Shown here: one piece after another, positions 10,612 through 19,673 of the stretch
Position numbering within the stretch: the stretch's first letter is position 1
How the letters are laid out: the number at the start of each line of letters is the position of its first letter
Notes under the pieces: model-generated
The model's database searches: none
The model's input: the letters and a program-made list of their open reading frames with translations, nothing else
What the model was told of the DNA's origin: nothing
Position numbers and translations under genes: made by a program
NCBI GenBank assembly: GCA_037441705.1
Contig: JBBIRR010000005.1
Location: 36,265 to 100,264 of the forward strand
DNA: 64,000 nucleotides
From: Ignavibacteriales bacterium
GTDB lineage: Bacteria; Bacteroidota; Ignavibacteria; UBA10030; UBA6906
Reading direction: 5' to 3'

Positions 10612-12035
10612 TCGATGCCTCCTTTCCGCTGAATGACCTGTTGCTCTGCAGCCAGGTTGGTCTTGCCTTCCGGAACGATACTCAGGACGACTTTCTTTCC
10701 GCCGAGTGTTTGCCTTGCAACCGAGAGCACCTCTTCGGGGGTAATGCCCTTGTACCGATCAAGCTCCTTGTTGAGGTTGTTGGGGTCGCCGGTGAAGATG
10801 TAGAACGAAGCGAGGGAGTTTGCCTTTCCCAGCACGGTCGCAAGACTGTTGATGAGGGAGGCCTCACGATTGTTCAGCGATGTCTGAATCTCCTTGTCAC
10901 TCACACCTTCTTTCAGCAGCCGCTCCAGCTCATGATTGACGAGCGATTCCATTTCAGAAAGCGTCCGGCCGGGTTTGGCGGTAACCTCAACGGCAAACTT
11001 GCTCGTCAAGAGTTGGCTCTGCTGATACACCCTCACCGATTGTGCGACTTGTTTCTCGTACACTAACGACTTGTAGAGGCGGGAGTTCTTGCCCGAGCCG
11101 AGGATATCGGCAAGAACGTCGAGCACTGCGTCCTCGCGTGTATAGCCGCGTGCAGAGTGCCAGTGCATGTACAGGCGCGGCAGTTGCACCTTATCCTCGA
11201 AGACGAGTCGCTTCTCCTCGGTCAGTTCCACCGGCATCGGTGTCGGGCGAGGAATGTCCGCACCGCGAGGGATGGTGCTGAAGTACTTCTTCACCCATTC
11301 CTTCACCTGGGCCGGGTCGAAATCGCCGGCAATAGCAAGCACGGCGTTATTGGGTGCATAGTAGATGCGGAAGAACTCCTTCACGTCGTCCAAGGTGGCG
11401 GCGGAGAGATCGTCCATGTATCCGATCACGGGCCAGCTGTAGGGATGCGTGTCGGGATAGAGGGCCTTGTTGATTTTCTCGTCTGCTGTGCCGTACGGCT
11501 GATTGTCGACGCGCTGGCGGCGTTCGTTCTTGACCACATCGCGTTGATTATCCAGCTTCGCTTGCGTCATGGCAGGCAGCAGAAACCCCATCCGATCCGA
11601 TTCGAGATAGAGCGCAAGCTCGAGGTGATTGCTGGGTACTACCTCGAAGTAGTTCGTCCGGTCGGCGGAGGTGGAGCCGTTGATGTTAGCGCCGATCTCC
11701 TGCAAGAGTTTGAAATGCTCATCATCTGCCACGTGTTGCGATCCTTGAAACATCATGTGCTCGAAGAGGTGAGCGAAACCGGTTCGGCCTTTCTTTTCGT
11801 TCTTCGAGCCGACATTGTACATCACCACAACCGCCGCAACAGGCGCAGAATGATCCTCGTGCAGAATAACGGTGAGACCGTTATCGAGTTTGTATTGCTC
11901 GAACTGAACCAGGGGCTGCGCGGAGCCCGTATTGCTGACAGGCATAAGTAAACATCCCATGATGAAGAAAGTCGCCAGAGTTTTCCGTAGCGATGAATCT
12001 GCTGGCGGCGATTCTGCTGAGGTATGAAATCGCAT
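10608..12035 (-). CDS. M16B (pitrilysin family) zinc peptidase catalytic subunit
   Basis: GFAHLFEHMMFQGS (HXXEH), NGSTSADRTNYFE, VVKNERRQR; GGAGGA SD upstream of ATG 12035. Confidence 0.93.
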   Translation of the reverse strand: MRFHTSAESPPADSSLRKTLATFFIMGCLLMPVSNTGSAQPLVQFEQYKLDNGLTVILHEDHSAPVAAVVVMYNVGSKNEKKGRTGFAHLFEHMMFQGSQHVADDEHFKLLQEIGANINGSTSADRTNYFEVVPSNHLELALYLESDRMGFLLPAMTQAKLDNQRDVVKNERRQRVDNQPYGTADEKINKALYPDTHPYSWPVIGYMDDLSAATLDDVKEFFRIYYAPNNAVLAIAGDFDPAQVKEWVKKYFSTIPRGADIPRPTPMPVELTEEKRLVFEDKVQLPRLYMHWHSARGYTREDAVLDVLADILGSGKNSRLYKSLVYEKQVAQSVRVYQQSQLLTSKFAVEVTAKPGRTLSEMESLVNHELERLLKEGVSDKEIQTSLNNREASLINSLATVLGKANSLASFYIFTGDPNNLNKELDRYKGITPEEVLSVARQTLGGKKVVLSIVPEGKTNLAAEQQVIQRKGGIE

Positions 12036-12256
12036 GTGAGGTCCTCCGAAAGATTGTTGAATGGAAAGCACTTGGCGCGGCAATAATATCTGGAAAGTCT
12101 GATCGAAATGCCATCAGCGTTCGTCGTTACGTCCCGGTCCCTTCGGCTACCGTTGATTTCGGTTCGGATTTTTTCGTAATTGACTACGGGGTTTGCTCAC
12201 CGAGAGTTCCGTCCCCACCGAACATTTTTCCGATCTCTAAGCAACGGAGGCATTTC

Positions 12257-15256
12257 ATGAAATGTATGTACAAGATCGCCTGTGCGTTCTTTCTTCTGTC
12301 GAGCTGCATGACCGTCGGGTATGCGCAAAGCATCGTGCAAGTCATTCCTCTTCCTAACACGACATACTGGAACCAGGCATGGGGGCTTGCCGCTGATTCG
12401 ACCCGGCTGTACATCTCCAGCGGTACAAGCACGACGACAGTCTACAACTATGGTTTCATCTACACGACAAATCACAATGGTGTTCCGATCGACAGCGTCA
12501 ATCCGAGCAGCGGCTACAGTCAAGGTCTCGCTTACGACGGCACGTATTTCTACTACGTGAGGCGATACACAGCAGCATGCGCGATCTACAAACTCACACG
12601 ACAGGGAACGTTGATTGATTCGCTCCGCTGGCCGTCGAACCGGTACCTCGGCGGCGCATGCTGGGATGGCACACACCTCTGGGTGTCCGACTATACATCC
12701 ACATCATCTTCCAATCCGACATATCTCTACAAAATCAACTGGGCGACAAAGTCGGTCGTTGATAGCATCCAGACCATCGGCCTTCAACCGCAGGGCATCG
12801 CCTGGGACGGGCAGTACCTGTATTACGCCATGGACTTGAACAGTAGTGAACCCAACCAGAATCTCATCTATGTCGTCAATCCCGTCACGCGTGACACTGT
12901 TCGAACGATCCCGATGCCCGAAGGTCCGACGACGGATTCTAATCCGCGCGGACTTGCCTGGGACGGCCGCTACTTGTGGCTGATTGCCGAGCCGGTGGGT
13001 GCCTCGTCGGGACGTTCATTGTACAAGTATGATCTCAGCGGCAGCGGCACGCCGGACATTGATATTACGAGTCTTGTGGACTTCTCGGGCACACGCATCG
13101 GCTCGCAAAAGACTGTGCAGGTGAGTCTGAGCAATGTGGGTACGGCGCCGCTCACCATCGACAGCGTTCGCATCGTGCTCTCAACTCAATTTACAACGAC
13201 GTTTGCCACTCCCACGACGATTCCCGCGAACAGTTCCGTACAATTCCCGCTGACGTTTGCGCCGACGACATTCGGGAGAGATTCGGCAAGCGTTCGCATA
13301 TATTCGAACGATCCGGATGAGGGACTGAAGATTGTTGCAGCACGAGGGTTCGGCATCTACGGCACGCCGCTGATTTCCGTTCCTTCAAACTATGACTTCA
13401 ATGCGCGTCGGGTCGGAAGTTCTAACTCATGGCTCATGACTATCCAGAATCTTGGCGGACCGACACTTTCCATTTCGGCGATAACGACACTGACGAACGC
13501 ATTCCGAATCGATCCAGTGAATCTTCCGTTGAGCATTGATTCTCTCGGCTCCGCCTACGTGCGGGTATGGTTCCTGCCGACGGCAGGCGTTTCCTATTCA
13601 GACACGCTCAAGATCACCAGCAATGCTTCCAACGGGCCTGTCACAAGCGTCGCCTTGAGCGGCTTGGGCGATGTGACACCCATTCCCATTGGCCAGCCGT
13701 TCTGGACGTTCACCGTTCCGAACAATCCCCGGACGAGTTCAAACCAGAAGTTGGTAAAAGGTGTCCGCGCTATCAGTGACATCACCGGCGATGGGAAGCC
13801 CGACGTGGTCATCTCCACCGAAAACTACTGGACGATGGCTCTCAACGGAAACGCGTCCGTGAGCAACGATTCGCTATGGGCATTCAATACGTACATCGCC
13901 AACTACAGCGCCGGTTCGATTGGCGCAACGGGCGATTACTCGCATCAAAAGGCGCTCAGCGTTGCCGACCTGAACCTGGATGGCTACAAGGATGTCATCA
14001 TTGGAACGGACGGCGGCAACGAACATGTCTATGCGATCAACGGACGCAGCGGGCAAATCCTCTGGCAGTTCGGCACCGATCACCCGGACAGCTTCTCGCT
14101 CGGAGATTTCACGGGTGTTGATGCCAGCAGGGATTTTAACGGAGATAATGTGCCGGATGTTCTTGCCGCTGCGAGCGCTACCGAGGTTGGCGGTGTCGGC
14201 GGCAGACGAAGTATGTACCTGTTCAACGGCGCGAACGGAAACATCCTCTGGCAGTCGCCTCTTCTTGGCTTTACGCACGGCGTTGCTGCGATCGGTGACG
14301 TGAGCGGCGACGGCGTTCCCGACGCTGTCGGATGTGTCGGCGAGCCATCGTACAAAGCCAGCGCGTTCAGCGGCGCGAACGGCGCGCTGTTGTGGGACTT
14401 TGCGGTGCCAAGCGGAAGCGGCGGCGGTAAGGAAGTGCTTGCCTGGCCCGTTGCCAACCAGACTCCGGATGTAATCGTGAGTGCATTCTGGGGTCCGGTC
14501 TACAGAGTTGACGGGGAATCGGGAACGCAAATCTGGTCGAGGCCCACAGGCGGCAGCGGCGTCATGCAGCTCGTCCGTCTGCGTGATGTTACGGGCGATG
14601 GGGTGGATGAAGTTCTCGCACCGCTTCTCGGCGGAGGCATCTATTGCATCAACGGTGCGAACGGCAACATCGTGTGGTCTCTTCCCACCGGCAACACGAT
14701 GGGCGCGGCAGCAATTCCCGACCTGAATAACGACGGATACGACGACGTTGCCATTGCCGTCCAGAATGAAGGAACGAGGATTGTGAAAGGGCAGGACGGC
14801 ACACAGATGGCGCTCTATGCCACCGGCACTGCACAGTCTCGCGAGGTTGCAGTTGTTCCGGACATTGACGGCAACAACAGCTTCGAGATCATCATGGGAG
14901 GACGCGAAGGGAACGTGGCGCTGCTTTCCGGCGGCCTCGACGCCGGAACAGATGTGCAGCCCGTTGCCGGCTTGCCGCGGGAGTTTGAGTTAGGACAGAA
15001 CTATCCCAATCCGTTCAATCCGACAACCACCATCAGCATCTCACTGCCCGTTCAGTCGGACGTCAGCCTGACGATTTATGATCTGCTGGGTCGTGAGGTG
15101 AGGTCGTTTGTGTACGAACGGGTACCTGCCGGAACGCATCAGGTTGTGTGGGATGGAAAGAACCGGCACGGCGTGAACGCAGCCAGCGGCGTGTACTACT
15201 ACCAGCTTCGCGCAGGCACTGTCGTCAAAACACGAAGTATGGTGTTGGTACGATGA
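12257..15256 (+). CDS. T9SS-secreted multidomain protein: N-terminal beta-propeller, two Ig-like (choice-of-anchor D/ASH-type) domains, FG-GAP/PQQ-like propeller, T9SS CTD
   Basis: Signal peptide; repeated GLAWDG-like blades; DxxGDGxxD repeats; QNYPNPFNP..SGVYYYQL; GGAGG SD before 12257. Confidence 0.85.
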   Translation: MKCMYKIACAFFLLSSCMTVGYAQSIVQVIPLPNTTYWNQAWGLAADSTRLYISSGTSTTTVYNYGFIYTTNHNGVPIDSVNPSSGYSQGLAYDGTYFYYVRRYTAACAIYKLTRQGTLIDSLRWPSNRYLGGACWDGTHLWVSDYTSTSSSNPTYLYKINWATKSVVDSIQTIGLQPQGIAWDGQYLYYAMDLNSSEPNQNLIYVVNPVTRDTVRTIPMPEGPTTDSNPRGLAWDGRYLWLIAEPVGASSGRSLYKYDLSGSGTPDIDITSLVDFSGTRIGSQKTVQVSLSNVGTAPLTIDSVRIVLSTQFTTTFATPTTIPANSSVQFPLTFAPTTFGRDSASVRIYSNDPDEGLKIVAARGFGIYGTPLISVPSNYDFNARRVGSSNSWLMTIQNLGGPTLSISAITTLTNAFRIDPVNLPLSIDSLGSAYVRVWFLPTAGVSYSDTLKITSNASNGPVTSVALSGLGDVTPIPIGQPFWTFTVPNNPRTSSNQKLVKGVRAISDITGDGKPDVVISTENYWTMALNGNASVSNDSLWAFNTYIANYSAGSIGATGDYSHQKALSVADLNLDGYKDVIIGTDGGNEHVYAINGRSGQILWQFGTDHPDSFSLGDFTGVDASRDFNGDNVPDVLAAASATEVGGVGGRRSMYLFNGANGNILWQSPLLGFTHGVAAIGDVSGDGVPDAVGCVGEPSYKASAFSGANGALLWDFAVPSGSGGGKEVLAWPVANQTPDVIVSAFWGPVYRVDGESGTQIWSRPTGGSGVMQLVRLRDVTGDGVDEVLAPLLGGGIYCINGANGNIVWSLPTGNTMGAAAIPDLNNDGYDDVAIAVQNEGTRIVKGQDGTQMALYATGTAQSREVAVVPDIDGNNSFEIIMGGREGNVALLSGGLDAGTDVQPVAGLPREFELGQNYPNPFNPTTTISISLPVQSDVSLTIYDLLGREVRSFVYERVPAGTHQVVWDGKNRHGVNAASGVYYYQLRAGTVVKTRSMVLVR

Positions 15257-17304
15257 AAAGAGAACTGAAACTCATTACCATTCTTCTGTTTTTCGGTGCC
15301 GCCTCTGTCGTGGAGGCGGCAATGGTTGCTCGCGTTAAGGTGCAATCGGAGCACGACATCATCCTGCTGCATCAGATGGGCGTGAAGATCGAGGACGTGA
15401 ACGTGCGTGCGCGCGTTGATCGAGCCGGTCTTCGCCGTTACAGCATTCGCTGGAATTCCGAGAATGGATTCGTAACCATCGTGGGTGAGGAAGAACAACT
15501 TCAACGCGTAAAGGATGCAGGGCTTACGATTCTTTCGACATCTCCCATAGCCGAAGGCGCCCTCGTTCCCCCTTCACCAACCCTCCTCGATACCATTCCG
15601 TATCAGTTCGGCTGGCCCCGGTCTATCTTTAATGGACTTTCGCTCTACGAAAACAGTCCAACCGTTGCCGACTTCGATCTGAACGGTCAACTCGATGTGT
15701 CGGTGACCAATGCTTGGGGGTCGTACTCGCCTGCCAATCCCCCATATGTAATTGCATGGCGGCGTAACGGAGCCTATCTCCAGGGCTTCCCTGTGCCACT
15801 TGATTCGGGGCTTCTACAAAGCAGCGCCGATGCCGGCATCGCGGCGGCAGCGGACGTCTACGGCGACAGCAAACTGGAACTTGTGTTGGGCGACGAGAAC
15901 GGCTTCCTCTATGCGTTTACCTCCGGCGGCGCGCCGCTTCCGGGCTTCCCGCGGCATTACGGCTACTTTGTCGGTGTCTTTACGCCTGCACTTGCCGACT
16001 GCGACAACGACGGAAAAGCCGATATTGCTGTGATTACACACGACTGGGACTCGCCGTACGGAAACGCCAATCTCCATTTGCTGAAGGTGACGCCAAGCGG
16101 ACCCGTCGAGTTTCCCGGTTTCCCGATCAATCTCGAGCGCGGAGCGGAGAACAGTCCCGCTATCGGCGACCTCGATGGCGACGGCACGATGGAAATCGTT
16201 GTAGGTACCGGCGGAACGTCGAGCGGACCATCGGCGAAGATCATCGCGTTCACAACGACCGGCCAGGTTGCGACGGGCTTTCCCTTCGTTGTCGGCATGA
16301 ACAGTGTCGGCAACTCGCCCACACTGTACGACATCAACAACGACGGCACGCTGGAGATTCTCATTCGCATGAAGCCCGACAACAACGTCAATGGGATTTA
16401 TGCGATTGACTTTCGGGGTCAAATCGTTCCCGGCTTTCCGTTTCCCATCACGTACGGCAACCCCAGCGCATGCGTTGCTGTCGGCGACATGGATGGCGAC
16501 AACATTCCAGAACTTGCGTACGGCGGTGTCGAAGCGGTGGACTCGGGCAAGGTGTGGGTGTACAATCTGTCGGGGGCGCTCCTTCCCGGTTTTCCTGCAC
16601 GAGTGTATCGGACGTGGGTGGATGGGTCTGTTGCGATCGCCGACGTTGATGGCGATGGAAAGGGAGATGTCGTCTGCGGCACGAACGGTGTTTCGAGCCG
16701 CCCGGGACTCATCCGCGCATTCAACTATCTCGGCCAGGAACTTCCCGGCTTCCCGATTTCACCCGGCAATCCTTTGCTGACCAGTTTCGAAACGCATCCC
16801 ACGCTCGTTGATATTGATGGAGACGGTGATACCGAAATCTTCGGGGGGCGGTTAGACAAATTCGTCTATGCATGGGATACGCCCGGAGTTTTCGACTCGG
16901 TGAAAGCGTGGCGCACATTCAAGGGAAACGCCGCACGCACCGGCGGGCAGCTCCGCAGCCCGATTTCGCTTGCAGTCGGGGATGCCAATGGTGTCGCCCG
17001 AGAGTTTGTTCTGGAGCAGAACTACCCGAACCCGTTCAATCCATCTACGCGCATCCGTTTTTCGGTTGGAGGTTCGAGGCTTGAGGAGAGCGGTTCAGCG
17101 TTCATGGTTCAAGGTTCTGGAGCCGTAACGATGAAGGTGTACGATGTGTTGGGGAAAGAAGTGGCAACGCTGGTGAATCAGGACATGAAACCAGGAAGCT
17201 ATACCGTCACCTGGAATGCAACCGGAAAGGCCAGCGGCGTGTACTACTACCAACTGCGTACAACCGATTTCGTGCAGACGAAAAAGATGTTGCTGCTCCG
17301 CTAA
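15253..17304 (+). CDS. T9SS-secreted FG-GAP/VCBS repeat protein
   Basis: Repeats of SPxxxDxDxDGxxE and PGFP; QNYPNPFNP CTD; ATGA overlap with upstream gene. Confidence 0.87.
   Translation: MKRELKLITILLFFGAASVVEAAMVARVKVQSEHDIILLHQMGVKIEDVNVRARVDRAGLRRYSIRWNSENGFVTIVGEEEQLQRVKDAGLTILSTSPIAEGALVPPSPTLLDTIPYQFGWPRSIFNGLSLYENSPTVADFDLNGQLDVSVTNAWGSYSPANPPYVIAWRRNGAYLQGFPVPLDSGLLQSSADAGIAAAADVYGDSKLELVLGDENGFLYAFTSGGAPLPGFPRHYGYFVGVFTPALADCDNDGKADIAVITHDWDSPYGNANLHLLKVTPSGPVEFPGFPINLERGAENSPAIGDLDGDGTMEIVVGTGGTSSGPSAKIIAFTTTGQVATGFPFVVGMNSVGNSPTLYDINNDGTLEILIRMKPDNNVNGIYAIDFRGQIVPGFPFPITYGNPSACVAVGDMDGDNIPELAYGGVEAVDSGKVWVYNLSGALLPGFPARVYRTWVDGSVAIADVDGDGKGDVVCGTNGVSSRPGLIRAFNYLGQELPGFPISPGNPLLTSFETHPTLVDIDGDGDTEIFGGRLDKFVYAWDTPGVFDSVKAWRTFKGNAARTGGQLRSPISLAVGDANGVAREFVLEQNYPNPFNPSTRIRFSVGGSRLEESGSAFMVQGSGAVTMKVYDVLGKEVATLVNQDMKPGSYTVTWNATGKASGVYYYQLRTTDFVQTKKMLLLR
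17064..17119 (+). repeat. Degenerate 7-bp tandem repeat (8 units, consensus GGTTCRR) inside T9SS CTD coding sequence
   Basis: ggttgga ggttcga ggcttga ggagagc ggttcag cgttcat ggttcaa ggttctg. Confidence 0.75.
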
Positions 17305-17310
17305 ACGCAT

Positions 17311-17339
17311 TTGCTTGTTAGGCATTCTTTTGTCATAAT
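17311..17339 (+). promoter_or_regulatory. sigma70-type promoter candidate upstream of M28 peptidase gene
   Basis: TTGCTT-N17-CATAAT with extended -10 TG; followed by a GCGGCGGA/TCCGCCGC hairpin. Confidence 0.5.
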
Positions 17340-17499
17340 CGTACTGGAGCGGCGGAGCGAACCCTTCCGCCGCCCGACTGTTCCTTCCTTCACTCCTGCC
17401 GTTTGATCTTATCCTGTTTCTTCCGAATCAGCGACGCGTTTCCCGGTCGGAGTGGGAAGGCGTGGTTATCACCGAGCTTGCCAAGAAAGGAGAAACGCT

Positions 17500-19665
17500 A
17501 TGCCACGAATAATCATTACTCTCTTGTTGTTGATGATTCTTGTCCCGCTCTTCGGGCAGACAGTCTCGGCAGAGACGGACGAACTCCTCGTCATCATTCC
17601 CGCACAACAATCCATTGAAGCAACCCGCGTTGCCACTTCACCCATTCGGTTCTACCATCGCCTGAGTGACGGATACCTCGTCGGCATGAGCCGATCATCG
17701 TTCGCCGCGATGCGGAAGAGGAACATTGATTGTGTGATTGTCGATGACAGGCCCTGGAGTTCCTCCTATGCCCTTGTTTCCCGACCGCATCCGAACCAGA
17801 CGGCGCTCACGCTCGAAGGCATCCCTGCGCACATCCTCTACAGAGGAGAGGACTACATCATTATCCGAGGAACGCCTGAGGCTTTCCAGCAGTTGCGCAG
17901 ACAGGGATATGGTTGTGTGGAGATTGAAAGAATCGAAATCCCATTTGATCCTACCACGACGCGGATGCCGCACGGAGTTGGCGCGCGCATGCGAGGCATC
18001 GTTGACAGCCTCATTTCATTCGTCTCCGATACATCTCTTCGAAACTACATTCAGGCGATGCAGGATTTCGGCACGCGGTACTGGAACAACGCCAACCGAG
18101 ACTCGGTGTCGCGTTGGGTCAAGGCGCAGTACGTTGCCGCCGGCGTTGCCGATGTCCGGCTCGACAGCTTCCAGTACAGCAGCACATGGCAGGCAAATGT
18201 CGTGGCGACTCTTCCCGGGACGGTGTATCCCACACGGGAGTTCATCGTCGGCGGGCATCATGATTCATACTCCTCGAATGTCCTGCAAGCGCCGGGCGCT
18301 GATGACAACGCATCCGGTGCGGCAGCGGCCATTGAAATGGCGCGCGTCCTCAAGCTCATGAACTACCAGCCGGCCTACACCATGCGCTTCATGGGGTTTG
18401 CCGCCGAGGAAGCAGGCTTACGCGGCAGCGCAAGCTATGCTCAGCGTGCACGTCAGGCTAATCGAGACATCCGCGCGATGCTGAATTACGACATGATCGG
18501 CTATCGCAATCAAGCGCAAGGGGATCGCGATGTGTACGTCGTCTGGTACACAGGTGCCGAGGCGCTTTCGACACTTCATTCATCGGCGGCCACTTTCTAC
18601 ACGCCTCTCACACCCGTGCTGACCACATCGTATCGCAGCGGGAGTGATAGCTATTCGTTCTGGCAGCAAAACTACAAAGCCGTGTTTCTCATCGAACGAG
18701 ATTTCAGTCCGTACTACCACTCACCGAATGATCTCCTCCAATACCTGGACATGCCGTACTCGGCAGAGATTGTGAGGTCAGGATTGGCGACGTTGGTGAC
18801 GTTGGATCAGATGCCGCCGAGTGTGGCCGGACTGCAGTTGAGAGATCGCGGCAACGGCACGTCGCTTTACGTAAGCTGGGATAGCGTCATGGTGCTTGAC
18901 TTTTCTGCTTACAAGATTTATGTAGGAAGAGCGCCGGGAGTGTACGATACGTCGTTCACGCAAACGACGCGCTCTCGATTCATCACGGGATTGACGGAGG
19001 GAGTGCCCTACTATGTGGGTGTCTCGATCGTGGACCAGGCGGGCTTGGAAGGATTCATCACGGAACTCAGCGCAACACCCCGCAGTGTGCCGCTGCCTCC
19101 GGCAGGGCTCACGACGGTGAGCTTGCCGAACGCAGTGAGACTTACCTGGCGCCGAAATTGGGAAATGGACTTGCGAGGGTACAATGTGTATCGCACCGCC
19201 ACGCCGTCGCCCGGCGCGCCGTTCATCCTGCGAACCGCAACACCGATAACCGACACATCGTGGGTCGACAGCGTGCAACTGGCGGGCACGTACGCCTACT
19301 ACACGACCGCAGTGGATTCTTCGGGACTCCAAAGCACGCCGTCGGATACGGTCTCGGGCAGCCCGATCACCTCGGTTGGAGACGAAAAGCAAAGCCTGCC
19401 GTTTGCGTTCAAGCTCTATCAAAACTATCCCAATCCTTTCAACCCCTCGACACTCATCAAGTACGAAATCGGAAGCAGGGGACTTGTTGTGATGAGAGTG
19501 TTCGACCTTCTCGGAAGGGACGTTGCCGTGCTTGTACACGAACCGAAGGAACCGGGCGTGTACGCAGTCGTTTGGGATGCCGTGAATGCGACAAGCGGCG
19601 TGTATTTCGTCCGACTTCAAGCGGAGGGACGGGTGGAGACTATCCGGGCAACGTTGTTGAAGTAG
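17500..19665 (+). CDS. M28 family aminopeptidase with fibronectin type III domains and T9SS CTD
   Basis: VGGHHDS, PGADDNASG, FAAEEAGLRGS, NYDMIGY, YYHSPND; FN3-like GYNVYR; QNYPNPFNP. Confidence 0.92.
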   Translation: MPRIIITLLLLMILVPLFGQTVSAETDELLVIIPAQQSIEATRVATSPIRFYHRLSDGYLVGMSRSSFAAMRKRNIDCVIVDDRPWSSSYALVSRPHPNQTALTLEGIPAHILYRGEDYIIIRGTPEAFQQLRRQGYGCVEIERIEIPFDPTTTRMPHGVGARMRGIVDSLISFVSDTSLRNYIQAMQDFGTRYWNNANRDSVSRWVKAQYVAAGVADVRLDSFQYSSTWQANVVATLPGTVYPTREFIVGGHHDSYSSNVLQAPGADDNASGAAAAIEMARVLKLMNYQPAYTMRFMGFAAEEAGLRGSASYAQRARQANRDIRAMLNYDMIGYRNQAQGDRDVYVVWYTGAEALSTLHSSAATFYTPLTPVLTTSYRSGSDSYSFWQQNYKAVFLIERDFSPYYHSPNDLLQYLDMPYSAEIVRSGLATLVTLDQMPPSVAGLQLRDRGNGTSLYVSWDSVMVLDFSAYKIYVGRAPGVYDTSFTQTTRSRFITGLTEGVPYYVGVSIVDQAGLEGFITELSATPRSVPLPPAGLTTVSLPNAVRLTWRRNWEMDLRGYNVYRTATPSPGAPFILRTATPITDTSWVDSVQLAGTYAYYTTAVDSSGLQSTPSDTVSGSPITSVGDEKQSLPFAFKLYQNYPNPFNPSTLIKYEIGSRGLVVMRVFDLLGRDVAVLVHEPKEPGVYAVVWDAVNATSGVYFVRLQAEGRVETIRATLLK

Positions 19666-19673
19666 GTGCAGTC

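Noticed and set aside
19158-19673. Long N-terminal extensions of track ORFs (also 11993, 15148, 28974, 41171, 51291, 55629)
   Set aside because: They overlap neighbouring genes or intergenic DNA; downstream ATGs with SD sites, signal peptides or family-typical starts fit better.
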